This document shows, one piece after another, positions 35,634-44,771 of a DNA stretch of 64,000 nucleotides (the stretch's first letter is position 1; every line of letters begins with the position of its first letter). The translations under genes were made by a program, and so were the position numbers. This DNA is from Candidatus Poribacteria bacterium (GTDB lineage: Bacteria; Poribacteria; WGA-4E; PCPOR2b): positions 4,768,001 through 4,832,000 of the forward strand of contig OZ244042.1 in NCBI GenBank assembly GCA_965215015.1, in the 5' to 3' direction. The notes beneath the pieces are model-generated. The model was not told the DNA's origin. It saw only the letters and a program-made list of their open reading frames with translations, and made no database searches.

Positions 35634-37889
35634 TTAAATCTTACCCATTGCCTTGAGGACACGCCCCGGCGACATCGGCAATTCTTTCATCCGAACGCCG
35701 ACAGCGCGATAGACCGCATTTGCAATGGCAGCAGGGGGCGCAATGATTGGCGTTTCGCCGACGCCCCTAACACCATAGGGATGTCCAGGGTTAGGAACTT
35801 CAACAATCACAGCATCAATCATCGGCAGGTCAAGACAGGTCGGTATACGGTAATCGAGGAAACTGGCGTTGGTCATCTCGCCCTTTTCATTGTAGATGTA
35901 TTCCTCGTTTAACGCCCAACCGATGCCTTGGACAGCTCCCCCCTGTATCTGTCCCTCGACATAGCTGGGGTGAATAGCTTTGCCCGCATCTTGGGTCGCC
36001 GTATAACGCAAGATTTGAATCTTGCCTGTATCCGGATCCACCTCGACATCAACAACGTGTAAGCCGATTGAAGGGCCCGGTTGGTTTGGATCCGCAGTGC
36101 CCCGTCCAACGACGGGACCGCCGGTCTCATCCAATCTCGCTGCTAAACCTTTGAAGTCAATCTCCTGCTCTTTGCCATTGACGGTGCTAAATACGCCCTC
36201 GGCAAATTGTACTTCTCCTGCATCGATTTCCCACAGCTTCGCAACGCGTTCAATCATCTGTTGCTTGACATCCTGCGCGGCTTCGTAAGCAGCGTATCCA
36301 GTTGCAAACGCGGTACGGCTTCCACCTGTTACATCGGTGTAACCAACCGAGTCGGTATCAGCCACGGTAGGCGTCACTGACTCTGCAGGAATGCCCAGAA
36401 CTTCCGCTGCTTGCATCGCAATCGCTGCGCGTGTGCCACCGATATCGGTTGACCCTTCGACAAGACTAATCGTCCCATCGGAAGTTACGTTAATCGCAAC
36501 ACTCGACTTCATACCGAAGTTGGGCCAATAGCCGGAAGCAACACCACGTCCTCTATTTTCACCTTCAAGCGGTGCCGAATAGTGTGGATGATCCTTTGCA
36601 GCTTCAACCGTTTCGACGAAACCGACACGCGGAGTCGGGGGGCCATCAACGCGGATATCCCCCTCTTTCGCGCTATTGAGGACACGGAATTCGAGTGGAT
36701 CCATCCCAATCTTCTCACAAATTTCGTCAATGACAGTTTCCGCCGCGAATGCGGCATTTGTCGCCCCAGGCGCACGATATGCAGCAGTCTTCGGCTTGTT
36801 AACGACCACATCATATCCATCAACCTGTGCATTTTCAACCTTGTAAGGCGAGAAAACGCAGAACGCCGCAGCCCCAACAGGTGAACCGGGGTATGCCCCA
36901 GCTTCAAACGCGAGATAGGCTTCCGCAGCGGTGATGCGTCCATCCTTCGTTGCCCCCATCTTCACACGCACATAGGAACCCGGTGTCGGCCCCGTGCCTT
37001 CAAACACCTCCGCCCGGCTCATCAGGACCTTGACAGGTTTGCCCGCTTTCATGGACAGCATAGCGGCAATCGGCTTGATGTAAACCTGAATCTTTCCACC
37101 AAACCCCCCACCAATCTCCAGCGGCACAACCTTAATCTTTGAGACGGGTATATCGAGAATCTCAGATACCTGCCCTCGGACAGCGAATGCACCCTGCGTA
37201 CTGCACCAAATCGTTAGTTGACCATCGGGGTTATACAATGCGGTCGCATTGTGAGGCTCGATATAGCCCTGATGCACAGTCTCTGTCGTATAGTCATGCT
37301 CAACGACAACATCGGCTTCGTCAAAACCTTTATCGAGATCTCCCTGTTTGTGCTGGAAGTGACTCGCAATGTTGCTCGGCTTATCGGACTTTTCCCCCAT
37401 CTCATCGGTTCTCATCTCCTCATGCAGAAGGGGTGCATCTTCCTTCATCGCATCGAGTACTTTGATCACCGGCGGCAGCACCTCATACTCAACATCAATG
37501 AGTTCAAGTGCCTCTTCAGCGGTATGGGGATCAATCGCCGCAACCGCTGCGACCTGATGCCCTTTGTAGAGCACCTTCGCGCCAGCCAGAACATTATCTT
37601 GGAGATCTTTTACGTTGGCCGCTCCCTCTCCAAGATCGGCAATCTTATCTTCGACAGCCGGAAAATCTTTCGCTGTTACAACCGCCCTCACGCCGGGATG
37701 CGCTTCCGCTCGACTGGTATCAATCGACTTAATTCGTGCGTGCGCGTGTGGGCTCCGCAGGACTCTGCCGTGTAACAGTCCGACAGTTTGGAAATCTGCG
37801 CCGTAAAGGGCGCGACCAGTAACCTTATCAAGGCCATCGTGACGAATGGGACGAGTCCCGACGACTTTGTATTCTTTCTTTTCTGCCAT
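35634..37889 (-). CDS. Xanthine dehydrogenase family molybdopterin-binding subunit
   Basis: KVTGRALY, LRSPHAHA, GGGFGGK, AYRAPG, EGQIQGG..QGIG, GVGE. Confidence 0.93.
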   Translation of the reverse strand: MAEKKEYKVVGTRPIRHDGLDKVTGRALYGADFQTVGLLHGRVLRSPHAHARIKSIDTSRAEAHPGVRAVVTAKDFPAVEDKIADLGEGAANVKDLQDNVLAGAKVLYKGHQVAAVAAIDPHTAEEALELIDVEYEVLPPVIKVLDAMKEDAPLLHEEMRTDEMGEKSDKPSNIASHFQHKQGDLDKGFDEADVVVEHDYTTETVHQGYIEPHNATALYNPDGQLTIWCSTQGAFAVRGQVSEILDIPVSKIKVVPLEIGGGFGGKIQVYIKPIAAMLSMKAGKPVKVLMSRAEVFEGTGPTPGSYVRVKMGATKDGRITAAEAYLAFEAGAYPGSPVGAAAFCVFSPYKVENAQVDGYDVVVNKPKTAAYRAPGATNAAFAAETVIDEICEKIGMDPLEFRVLNSAKEGDIRVDGPPTPRVGFVETVEAAKDHPHYSAPLEGENRGRGVASGYWPNFGMKSSVAINVTSDGTISLVEGSTDIGGTRAAIAMQAAEVLGIPAESVTPTVADTDSVGYTDVTGGSRTAFATGYAAYEAAQDVKQQMIERVAKLWEIDAGEVQFAEGVFSTVNGKEQEIDFKGLAARLDETGGPVVGRGTADPNQPGPSIGLHVVDVEVDPDTGKIQILRYTATQDAGKAIHPSYVEGQIQGGAVQGIGWALNEEYIYNEKGEMTNASFLDYRIPTCLDLPMIDAVIVEVPNPGHPYGVRGVGETPIIAPPAAIANAVYRAVGVRMKELPMSPGRVLKAMGKI

Positions 37890-38377
37890 TATGCACTTAC
37901 CTCCGAAGACGTAGTTTGCGCTGCATCTTGGACAGCACGTACAATTTTATCGTATCCAGTACAACGACACAGATTGCCCGCTAACCAATAGCGGATCTCG
38001 TGCTCTGTTGGGTTCGGGTTCTGATCCAATAACGCCTTTGCCGCCATGATAAAGCCGGGCGTGCAAATGCCACACTGGAGGGCAGCATTTTCTAAAAACG
38101 CATCTTGAATGGGATGAAGCTGATCCGGCTCGGCGAGCCCCTCAATCGTTTCAAGCGATTTCCCTTCAAGTTCAGCACCAAGCACCAAACACGAATTGAC
38201 CAAACTCCCATCAAGAATCACGCTGCAGGCACCGCAGTTTCCATTATTACAACCTTCTTTGGCACCCGTCAAATGAAGTACATCTCGCAAGACCTCAAGC
38301 AAGCTCTGGCGAGGTTCGCATAAATATTCAACGGCTTCACCGTTAATTGTTGTTTGAACGTGGACTTTTCTAGGCAT
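37889..38377 (-). CDS. Xanthine dehydrogenase family 2x[2Fe-2S] subunit
   Basis: GCNNGNCGAC, QCGICTPG, NLCRCTGY. Confidence 0.95.
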   Translation of the reverse strand: MPRKVHVQTTINGEAVEYLCEPRQSLLEVLRDVLHLTGAKEGCNNGNCGACSVILDGSLVNSCLVLGAELEGKSLETIEGLAEPDQLHPIQDAFLENAALQCGICTPGFIMAAKALLDQNPNPTEHEIRYWLAGNLCRCTGYDKIVRAVQDAAQTTSSEVSA

Positions 38378-38383
38378 CTATTT

Positions 38384-39262
38384 TTATGCCTCCTTCACTC
38401 GTTGAATTGCACCGTTTAAGGCACGACGTGTTAACACACCGACGAGGTGTGTTCTTTGTTCAGCCGTTCCACGCATATCGCTGATTGGACGTGCAATCGC
38501 CTGCGCTGCTTCAGCAGCAGCGTTGATCGCTTCATCAGAAATTTCCTTGCCAGCGAGGGACGCGCCCGCTTCCTCAGCCAGCAGCGGTGTCGGTGCAACG
38601 GCAGCAAGTCCGATTCGCGCGGAGACAATAGATGTCTGTGTATCGTCGAGAATCACCGACGCACCGGCACCCACAACAGCAATATCCATTTCATTGCGTG
38701 GGATAAAACGGAGGTAAAACGAACTCGAATTTTTTGGGGGCGAGGGAAGCTTAAATGATACAAGCAGCTCTCCCCTTTCCAAGACAGTACGTCCCGGTGC
38801 TGTGCAGAACTGCTCTACAGGCACTTCGCGTATTGATCCATTGGTACCTGCAATTACACAAATAGCTCCCAACACTATCAACGGTGGTATCATATCCGCT
38901 GCGGGCGAGGCATTGCACAGATTGCCACCAACACTTGCCCTGCCTTGAATCGCGGTTCCACCAATAATCTTAGCAGCATCAATCAGGCCAGGATATGCGG
39001 CAGAGATTGCATCGTCCGCGTAAATTTTATGACAGGGAACAGCCGCACCGAGGTCTAAACCGGTGTCAGGGGAGTATGAAAGCACGTTAGTTTCGGAGAG
39101 GTCTTTGATGTCCACCATCCGTTCTAACTGCTGCCGGTTCTCCCGAACCGTAACGATGAGATCTGTTCCGCCGGCCAAGGGTTTTGCTTGATCACCTTTT
39201 TCGGCGAGCAAGGAGGTAGCTTCAGCTACGGTTTTTGCGGGAACATATTCAAATGCTCGCAA
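38384..39262 (-). CDS. Xanthine dehydrogenase family FAD-binding subunit
   Basis: LAGGTDL, ASVGGNLCNASPAAD, PISDMRG. Confidence 0.93.
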   Translation of the reverse strand: MRAFEYVPAKTVAEATSLLAEKGDQAKPLAGGTDLIVTVRENRQQLERMVDIKDLSETNVLSYSPDTGLDLGAAVPCHKIYADDAISAAYPGLIDAAKIIGGTAIQGRASVGGNLCNASPAADMIPPLIVLGAICVIAGTNGSIREVPVEQFCTAPGRTVLERGELLVSFKLPSPPKNSSSFYLRFIPRNEMDIAVVGAGASVILDDTQTSIVSARIGLAAVAPTPLLAEEAGASLAGKEISDEAINAAAEAAQAIARPISDMRGTAEQRTHLVGVLTRRALNGAIQRVKEA

Positions 39263-39553
39263 AGCATTAATCTCCTTTCAAAGTGAGAAGTTACTACACT
39301 AAATACCCGACACGGGCATCGAAAAATTTGGTAAATAATTATTATATCTCTTATCTTAATCAAAAGTCTCTGAAATGTCAACAGAAAAAATCCATCAATT
39401 TCCGGATAAGAATTTTTCAAAATAGAAACAGGCAACCTGTTATGTTGTATCGTTCCGAGTCGGGAACAACGATCGTTGTTCCGTACGAACGCATGGATTC
39501 ACGGTTTGGTTCGGGGAAGATCGCAATGTATGTAGCAATGCTGAATCAATGAA

Positions 39554-40120
39554 CTAATGAACCAACATAGCGGTCCCCACAATTGCCGCAATCACGCAAG
39601 CGATTGCAGTTAATGTGCGCCTCTCGGCCTTGAATGCACGAAAGAGGGAAAAACTGTGTGCAGAGGGGTTGGCATAGCCGCGAAGTCGGGGGATAAATCT
39701 GGGAACAGCTACATAGTAGGTCCGATACGTCGTCCCGCAAAATTCTCGTAGGTACGCCTCTTCAGAAGCGATAATCGGCAGGTACTGTGCAAAATATCCG
39801 ACCAGCAGCACAATAATCATCCAGTAAACGTTGGCAATCACGCAGACTCCGAGACTGAGTAGCAGATTCCCCAAATAGAGCGGATTGCGGACATGGGCGT
39901 AGGGACCCGTCGTCACAAGATCGCTGGCGGCTCCCAAGGTCCGGGAGCGGGTCGCTCCACCAGCATAACCGACCGCCCACAAACGTAAGCACTCACCGAG
40001 AATCATGGGAACCGCACCAATCAACGCGGAAGTAAAGGTGGGCTGGGCAAAATAGATTAAGATGAGTATAAACGGGATGGCTGTGAGGCTGCGCAGCCGA
40101 AAAAGCAGACGACCAATCAT
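39554..40120 (-). CDS. Isoprenylcysteine carboxyl methyltransferase / PEMT family membrane methyltransferase
   Basis: LVTTGPYAHVRNPLYLG, EEAYL...Y..Y...VPRFIP. Confidence 0.85.
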   Translation of the reverse strand: MIGRLLFRLRSLTAIPFILILIYFAQPTFTSALIGAVPMILGECLRLWAVGYAGGATRSRTLGAASDLVTTGPYAHVRNPLYLGNLLLSLGVCVIANVYWMIIVLLVGYFAQYLPIIASEEAYLREFCGTTYRTYYVAVPRFIPRLRGYANPSAHSFSLFRAFKAERRTLTAIACVIAAIVGTAMLVH

Positions 40121-40189
40121 GGGTGTGCTATGTGAAACGCAATAAATCTGGCTCTCCTGAGCGACGCCTGAACGTCTTATGCCTTGGGC

Positions 40190-41251
40190 TCACTTGGGCA
40201 TCTTCCAAATGAGAACACTTCCAACAATGGCGTAAAGCACATTCGCGCCCCAACAAGCGACAATCGGTGGTAGTTTCCCATTTTCACCGAGACCTTCGAG
40301 GGTTGCCAGTGAAATCCCCCAATACATAAAGACGAGGAAGAAGGCAACGAGCAATCCGGCAAAAAATCCAGCTCTACCAAAGCGAATCGAGATTGGCGCC
40401 CCAATCAGAATGACTACGAACGCCGCAAAGGGGTACGCCATTTTATGTTGGATCTTGACCTCTTCACGCCGTGTCGCTTGTCCCGCAGTGCGTTTATATT
40501 TGATCTGCTGTTGCAACTCTCCAATCGTCATCGCATGGAGATTCTTATTGCCCCCTGCAAACCGCTCCGGCTCCTCCGCTCGCTCGATCTGCTTGGTTAT
40601 AAACGGTTCAAAAGCAATTTCGGACGCGCCATTAAAACGGCGGACATATCCCTGTGACAGATGCCACCGCTTCGGCGACCACGTGGCTGAATTTGCAAAA
40701 ATCTTCTGAGTGAGCTCGTCATCCTGATTCAGCTCATAAATCGTCATCCGATCGATAGTTCCATTTTCCAAATCAAGATTTTGGATGTAGAACAATCGAT
40801 TGTCTTGCCCCTTGAAAACGACATTTCGACTTCGACGCAACCGAACTTTCTTCTCCAACTGATTGGCGCGATGGTAGGCTGGTGAAGCAACCAGATTATA
40901 GAAAACCGCAAAGCCTATGCAAACCAAGAATATGGAGGCAAGAATCGGGATGAGAAGGCGATAAATGCTAACACCGGCAGTCTGCATAGCAGAAAGTTCG
41001 TTGTTTTGGACGGCTCGCCCAAAAACAAAGAATACGGCAAGAAAACTCGCCAACGGAACAACCTCTATAATCCGTCGGGGGGCTCGGAAGAGTACAATCT
41101 GAACGGCTGTGAGATAAGAAACATCCTCATCAAAACGCTTAATATCCTTATCGAGTAACCGAACAATAACTACTAATGCGATAAAAAAGGCAAGTGCTAG
41201 CGCAAATGTTCTAAGGTATTCAATTAAGACATATCGCTCAAGGATTCTCAT
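40190..41251 (-). CDS. lptG: LPS export permease LptG (YjgP/Q family)
   Basis: MRILERY, NELSAMQTAGVS, LPPIVACWGAN. Confidence 0.88.
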   Translation of the reverse strand: MRILERYVLIEYLRTFALALAFFIALVVIVRLLDKDIKRFDEDVSYLTAVQIVLFRAPRRIIEVVPLASFLAVFFVFGRAVQNNELSAMQTAGVSIYRLLIPILASIFLVCIGFAVFYNLVASPAYHRANQLEKKVRLRRSRNVVFKGQDNRLFYIQNLDLENGTIDRMTIYELNQDDELTQKIFANSATWSPKRWHLSQGYVRRFNGASEIAFEPFITKQIERAEEPERFAGGNKNLHAMTIGELQQQIKYKRTAGQATRREEVKIQHKMAYPFAAFVVILIGAPISIRFGRAGFFAGLLVAFFLVFMYWGISLATLEGLGENGKLPPIVACWGANVLYAIVGSVLIWKMPK

Positions 41252-41324
41252 ACTAAATCCGACTTAAAATGTTGACTCGTAATTAAAAGAAAGTTCAAAA
41301 TACGAAGATAAGTGCCCCTTCTTA

Positions 41325-41356
41325 CCCCCCTTAATCCCCCCGCAAGCAGGGGGAGA
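41325..41356. repeat. REP-like hairpin, ccccctgcttgcggggg family (also about 29775, 50345-51005, 57340, 63560)
   Basis: cccccttaatcccccgcaagcaggggga is the reverse complement of the motif at the other sites. Confidence 0.7.
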
Positions 41357-41367
41357 GGCAAGACTCT

Positions 41368-41843
41368 ATGGCTCCTGTTACACTCATTCTTTACATGAGC
41401 GAATCTGAATCGGGATTCACCAGATTTTAGGATTAACAGGATTGACTCTACCCATTGCCATTCACTATCCCGAAAATCATTCCATCTTGAGAATCCTGAT
41501 TCTGACAATTAACTCCGTGCTACTTGCTGTTTACAGCACGAAGAATGGCTGCTGTTACACTCATTCTTTACATGAGCAAATCTGAATCGGGATTCACCGG
41601 ATTTTAGGATTAACAGGATTGACCTTATCCGCTGCCATTCACTATCCTGAAAATCCTTCCATCTTGAAAATCCTGATTCTGACTTGCTGTTTACAGCACG
41701 AAGAATGGCTGCTGTTGCACTCATTCTTTACATGAGAAAATCTGAATCGGGATTCACCAGATTTCAGGATTAACAGGATTGACTTTACCCGCTGCCATTC
41801 ACCATCCTGAAAATCCTTCCATCTTGAGAATCCTGATTCTGAC
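41368..41843. repeat. Three tandem copies of an approximately 140-160 bp unit containing a palindromic element
   Basis: atggctgctgttacactcattctttacatgag..tctgaatcgggatt...aatcctgattctgac repeated three times with a few substitutions. Confidence 0.92.
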
Positions 41844-41923
41844 AAGTTACGCCTCAGCGTTCAGGGCCTCCAACTCCTCGTTAAGTTCCCCAACATCAAT
41901 CCGATTCCCCAATCTCTTGGGTT

Positions 41924-43099
41924 TTAAGGCGGCGGTTTCTGTTCTTGACTTTGTTGCGCTTCCAGTTTGCCTTCCAAGATAACTCGCATCGCAAACCCCA
42001 AACCCAATAATCCGATAACGAGGTTAGGCAACCAAATTGCGAAGCCGGGTGGAAGAACACCACTTCGTCCCGTATCCTGTCCAACTTGTAGCAGCAGGTA
42101 GTATGCAAGTACGAGCCCAAGTCCGATACCAAAGCCCACCATCTTACCGCTCCGTTTCACAATCAGCCCAAGTGGCACCCCAATTAGACCGAAGACAAAA
42201 CAGGCGAAGGGAATCGAGAACTTCTTATAGTATTCAACCTGTGCATATCGTAACCTATCCATCTGGGGTTTCGATGGATTTTGGAACCAACGGTCTTGAA
42301 GATTGCTGATATGAGTTTTCAGTTTGGCAAGTGGCATGTTTCGGGTACTCTTAGATTCAAACTGTGTCCGTTCCAACGTCTCCGTAAAGTCAAGGGCGAT
42401 CTGATCCTCGGCAAAACCGGTCACTCTAAACCCGTCGGTACTGCCGGATACAGGTTCATAAGTAAATCCATCATAAAGCGTCAACCAGGCCTGCCCCTCC
42501 CTAAATTCGATTGTAGCCTCCTTCGCATTCACAAAGCGTGGCTGTCCCGGCCATATTGAATCCCACACCTTCACATCTTGTAACCGCCCCGTATCCGGGT
42601 CGGTTGATTCGTATAGCCACAGTTTTCCCTCGCGCTCTAACTCTTTCATGACTATCCCCTCTTCAAGAACAAAAGCGGAGTGTCTCCTGCTAATGTCATG
42701 CTTCAACGAAACATAAGCCAAGTTACCGCGGGGGAGCGCGTAATCCATAAAAAAGAAGTCGAAAACGCTGAGTAAGGTAGAGATAGCCAGTAACGGCAAC
42801 AGGATCTGATGGAAGCCAATGCCGTGGGCTTTCATAGCAGTTACTTCATTATCCGTCGAGAACCTCCCAAGTGAAAGCAGAATCCCCACAAGTGTTGCCA
42901 TCGGAATCGTTACAACAAGGGTCGCCGGCAGTACATAAATCAGCAACTGAACCAAATAGTGGGGACTTACCCCCTTGCTCACGAAGAGCTTGGTCAACCT
43001 GAAGATCTCATCAAGCAATAGGATAGAAGTAAAGCAGATAAGTGCTAAAAGGAAAGGAGGGAAAAATTCTTTGAGGGTGTATCTCGTTAATATTTTCAA
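41924..43099 (-). CDS. lptF: LPS export permease LptF (YjgP/Q family)
   Basis: MKILTRY, GRFSTDNEVTAMKAHG, KKFSIPFAC, WLPN. Confidence 0.88.
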   Translation of the reverse strand: MKILTRYTLKEFFPPFLLALICFTSILLLDEIFRLTKLFVSKGVSPHYLVQLLIYVLPATLVVTIPMATLVGILLSLGRFSTDNEVTAMKAHGIGFHQILLPLLAISTLLSVFDFFFMDYALPRGNLAYVSLKHDISRRHSAFVLEEGIVMKELEREGKLWLYESTDPDTGRLQDVKVWDSIWPGQPRFVNAKEATIEFREGQAWLTLYDGFTYEPVSGSTDGFRVTGFAEDQIALDFTETLERTQFESKSTRNMPLAKLKTHISNLQDRWFQNPSKPQMDRLRYAQVEYYKKFSIPFACFVFGLIGVPLGLIVKRSGKMVGFGIGLGLVLAYYLLLQVGQDTGRSGVLPPGFAIWLPNLVIGLLGLGFAMRVILEGKLEAQQSQEQKPPP

Positions 43100-43282
43100 G
43101 CCCGTTTAACTCCGGTCATAGATTTAGTCTGTTTATTCAAGCAGAGAAAATTCATCCTTAATTTTACCCTATGTTACAGGATCTTAGCAAGATATTAGTT
43201 GTTGTTTGGTAAGATGAATCTTCAAATCGACAAAAAAAGTGACAAACTCCGCCTCAAATCAGACGCACTTTGTAAATTTTTA

Positions 43283-43311
43283 TTGACAAGCTTGTTGAAA
43301 TGCCTTATAGT
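43283..43311 (+). promoter_or_regulatory. Putative sigma70 promoter
   Basis: TTGACA-17 bp-TATAGT upstream of the 43430 ORF. Confidence 0.65.
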
Positions 43312-43429
43312 ATCGTACAATATATCCTATAGAAGAGGCAATTTTCATACAATATCTTGTACAGGTCAAAATTGAAAAATATACTACTATTATATCTATT
43401 ATACCATCCTTCCCATTCGAGGCATTTTA

Positions 43430-44452
43430 ATGACAAAAGTCGTCTATTTAATTATAGCCTTATATCTCAGTCTTGGAACACCCCCATTCCACTCCGTTAC
43501 CGCCCAACTTGAACACAGTGAGACAGATCCCTCCACGCAGGCTGAAAAATCCACCCCAACGCAACCCGAAATATCTTCCCCACCCCGGAGAGCAACTCTG
43601 TCAACCGATCCAGAAGATATCTCCCGAATTGTGCAAATTGGTGGTAGAGTCAATCTGGCAACCACAGAAATCGTTAATGACATTATTCTAGTCGCCGGAG
43701 ATGCAAAGATTCAAGGGCGTGTAAAGGGTTATATCTTTGTATTTGGAGGAAATGTTGAAATTAGCCCAGACGCACAAGTAACGGGCAAAGTTACAGTGGT
43801 TCTGGGCGAAATTATCGATAAAGAAGATTTACGGAACAAGACAAAGCATGGGACCGATGCCTACGAAGAAATTAACGGTTTGAAATTGGCAACCGCAGCC
43901 ACGTCATTAATGATGGAAGGAATGCCAAAGGAGATATGGGGAGATCGGCAATACGCATGGTTTGGTTGGGAGCTGATGACCTTCATCACACTAACGCTCG
44001 TCCATTTGCTACTCGTACTGATATTTCCACAACAGATCAACAATATGGCATCTACTATCGCCCATCGCCCAATTGGAAGCACGTTCCTCGGATTGATTGT
44101 TCTGGTAATCGTGCCTTATTTGTCAATCCTGCTCATCCTCTCGATTGCGGGTATCCCGTTCGCACTGCTATTGTGTGCTCTCTTGTTGCCAATAGCAATT
44201 TATGGGAAAACTGCAATCTTTCTCTCAATTGGAAACACAATCTTTCCACACCAATCAAACATCGTTGCGGTCATTGTTGGATACTGGATTTATCGAATGG
44301 CAACGGTAATTCCCTACCTCAGTATTCCAACCTTTATTATTGCAAGTACCATCGGAATTGGCATTAGTCTCCGAACCGTGTTTGGTCAGAAACCGACTCA
44401 ACTTGCCAAGAGCCAGCACCGGGAATATTCTCCCCCAAGGATTCATCGATAA
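43430..44452 (+). CDS. Membrane protein with a polymer-forming (beta-helix, bactofilin-like) periplasmic domain
   Basis: Signal peptide, V.GD...GG.V.I...A.V.G repeats, C-terminal multi-TM domain. Confidence 0.65.
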   Translation: MTKVVYLIIALYLSLGTPPFHSVTAQLEHSETDPSTQAEKSTPTQPEISSPPRRATLSTDPEDISRIVQIGGRVNLATTEIVNDIILVAGDAKIQGRVKGYIFVFGGNVEISPDAQVTGKVTVVLGEIIDKEDLRNKTKHGTDAYEEINGLKLATAATSLMMEGMPKEIWGDRQYAWFGWELMTFITLTLVHLLLVLIFPQQINNMASTIAHRPIGSTFLGLIVLVIVPYLSILLILSIAGIPFALLLCALLLPIAIYGKTAIFLSIGNTIFPHQSNIVAVIVGYWIYRMATVIPYLSIPTFIIASTIGIGISLRTVFGQKPTQLAKSQHREYSPPRIHR

Positions 44453-44646
44453 TACTACTTTGAATCCTGACCTCATCGAGATCCTATATGCCGTAACCCC
44501 TGTGCACACTGCGGCACAGTGCAGCGTAATCGCTGCAATGGTACTAACGAACCAATGAACTACCTCCGTAGATTGGGCATCTTGCCTGATTCATAGCCCC
44601 TATTGCTCTGATCCCATCGGGAAGGGCAATACTTCAAATTTCACGT

Positions 44647-44734
44647 CCCGGTATCGTTGCCTTTCCTTCCGAAAGACTTACGAGACCGTGGATCCACGAT
44701 TCCGTAAGCGTCGGTACGACGCAACGGCATCGGG
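44647..44734. ncRNA. Candidate structured RNA/DNA element (four-way junction)
   Basis: 14-bp closing stem enclosing three adjacent hairpins with 0-1 nt junction linkers. Confidence 0.4.
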
Positions 44735-44771
44735 CCATCACGTTTCAATGTTCTGTTCAACAGTTTGAGGT

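Noticed and set aside
41368-41843. Short repeated ORFs (MSESGFSRW...) as a peptide family
   Set aside because: They are translations of a palindromic DNA repeat, with no RBS or consistent start.
41847-41925. Short frame IDVGELNEELEALNAEA* after the lptF stop, reminiscent of an HsdM C-terminal coil
   Set aside because: Only about 17 informative residues of low complexity; cannot be distinguished from chance or an alternative lptF tail.
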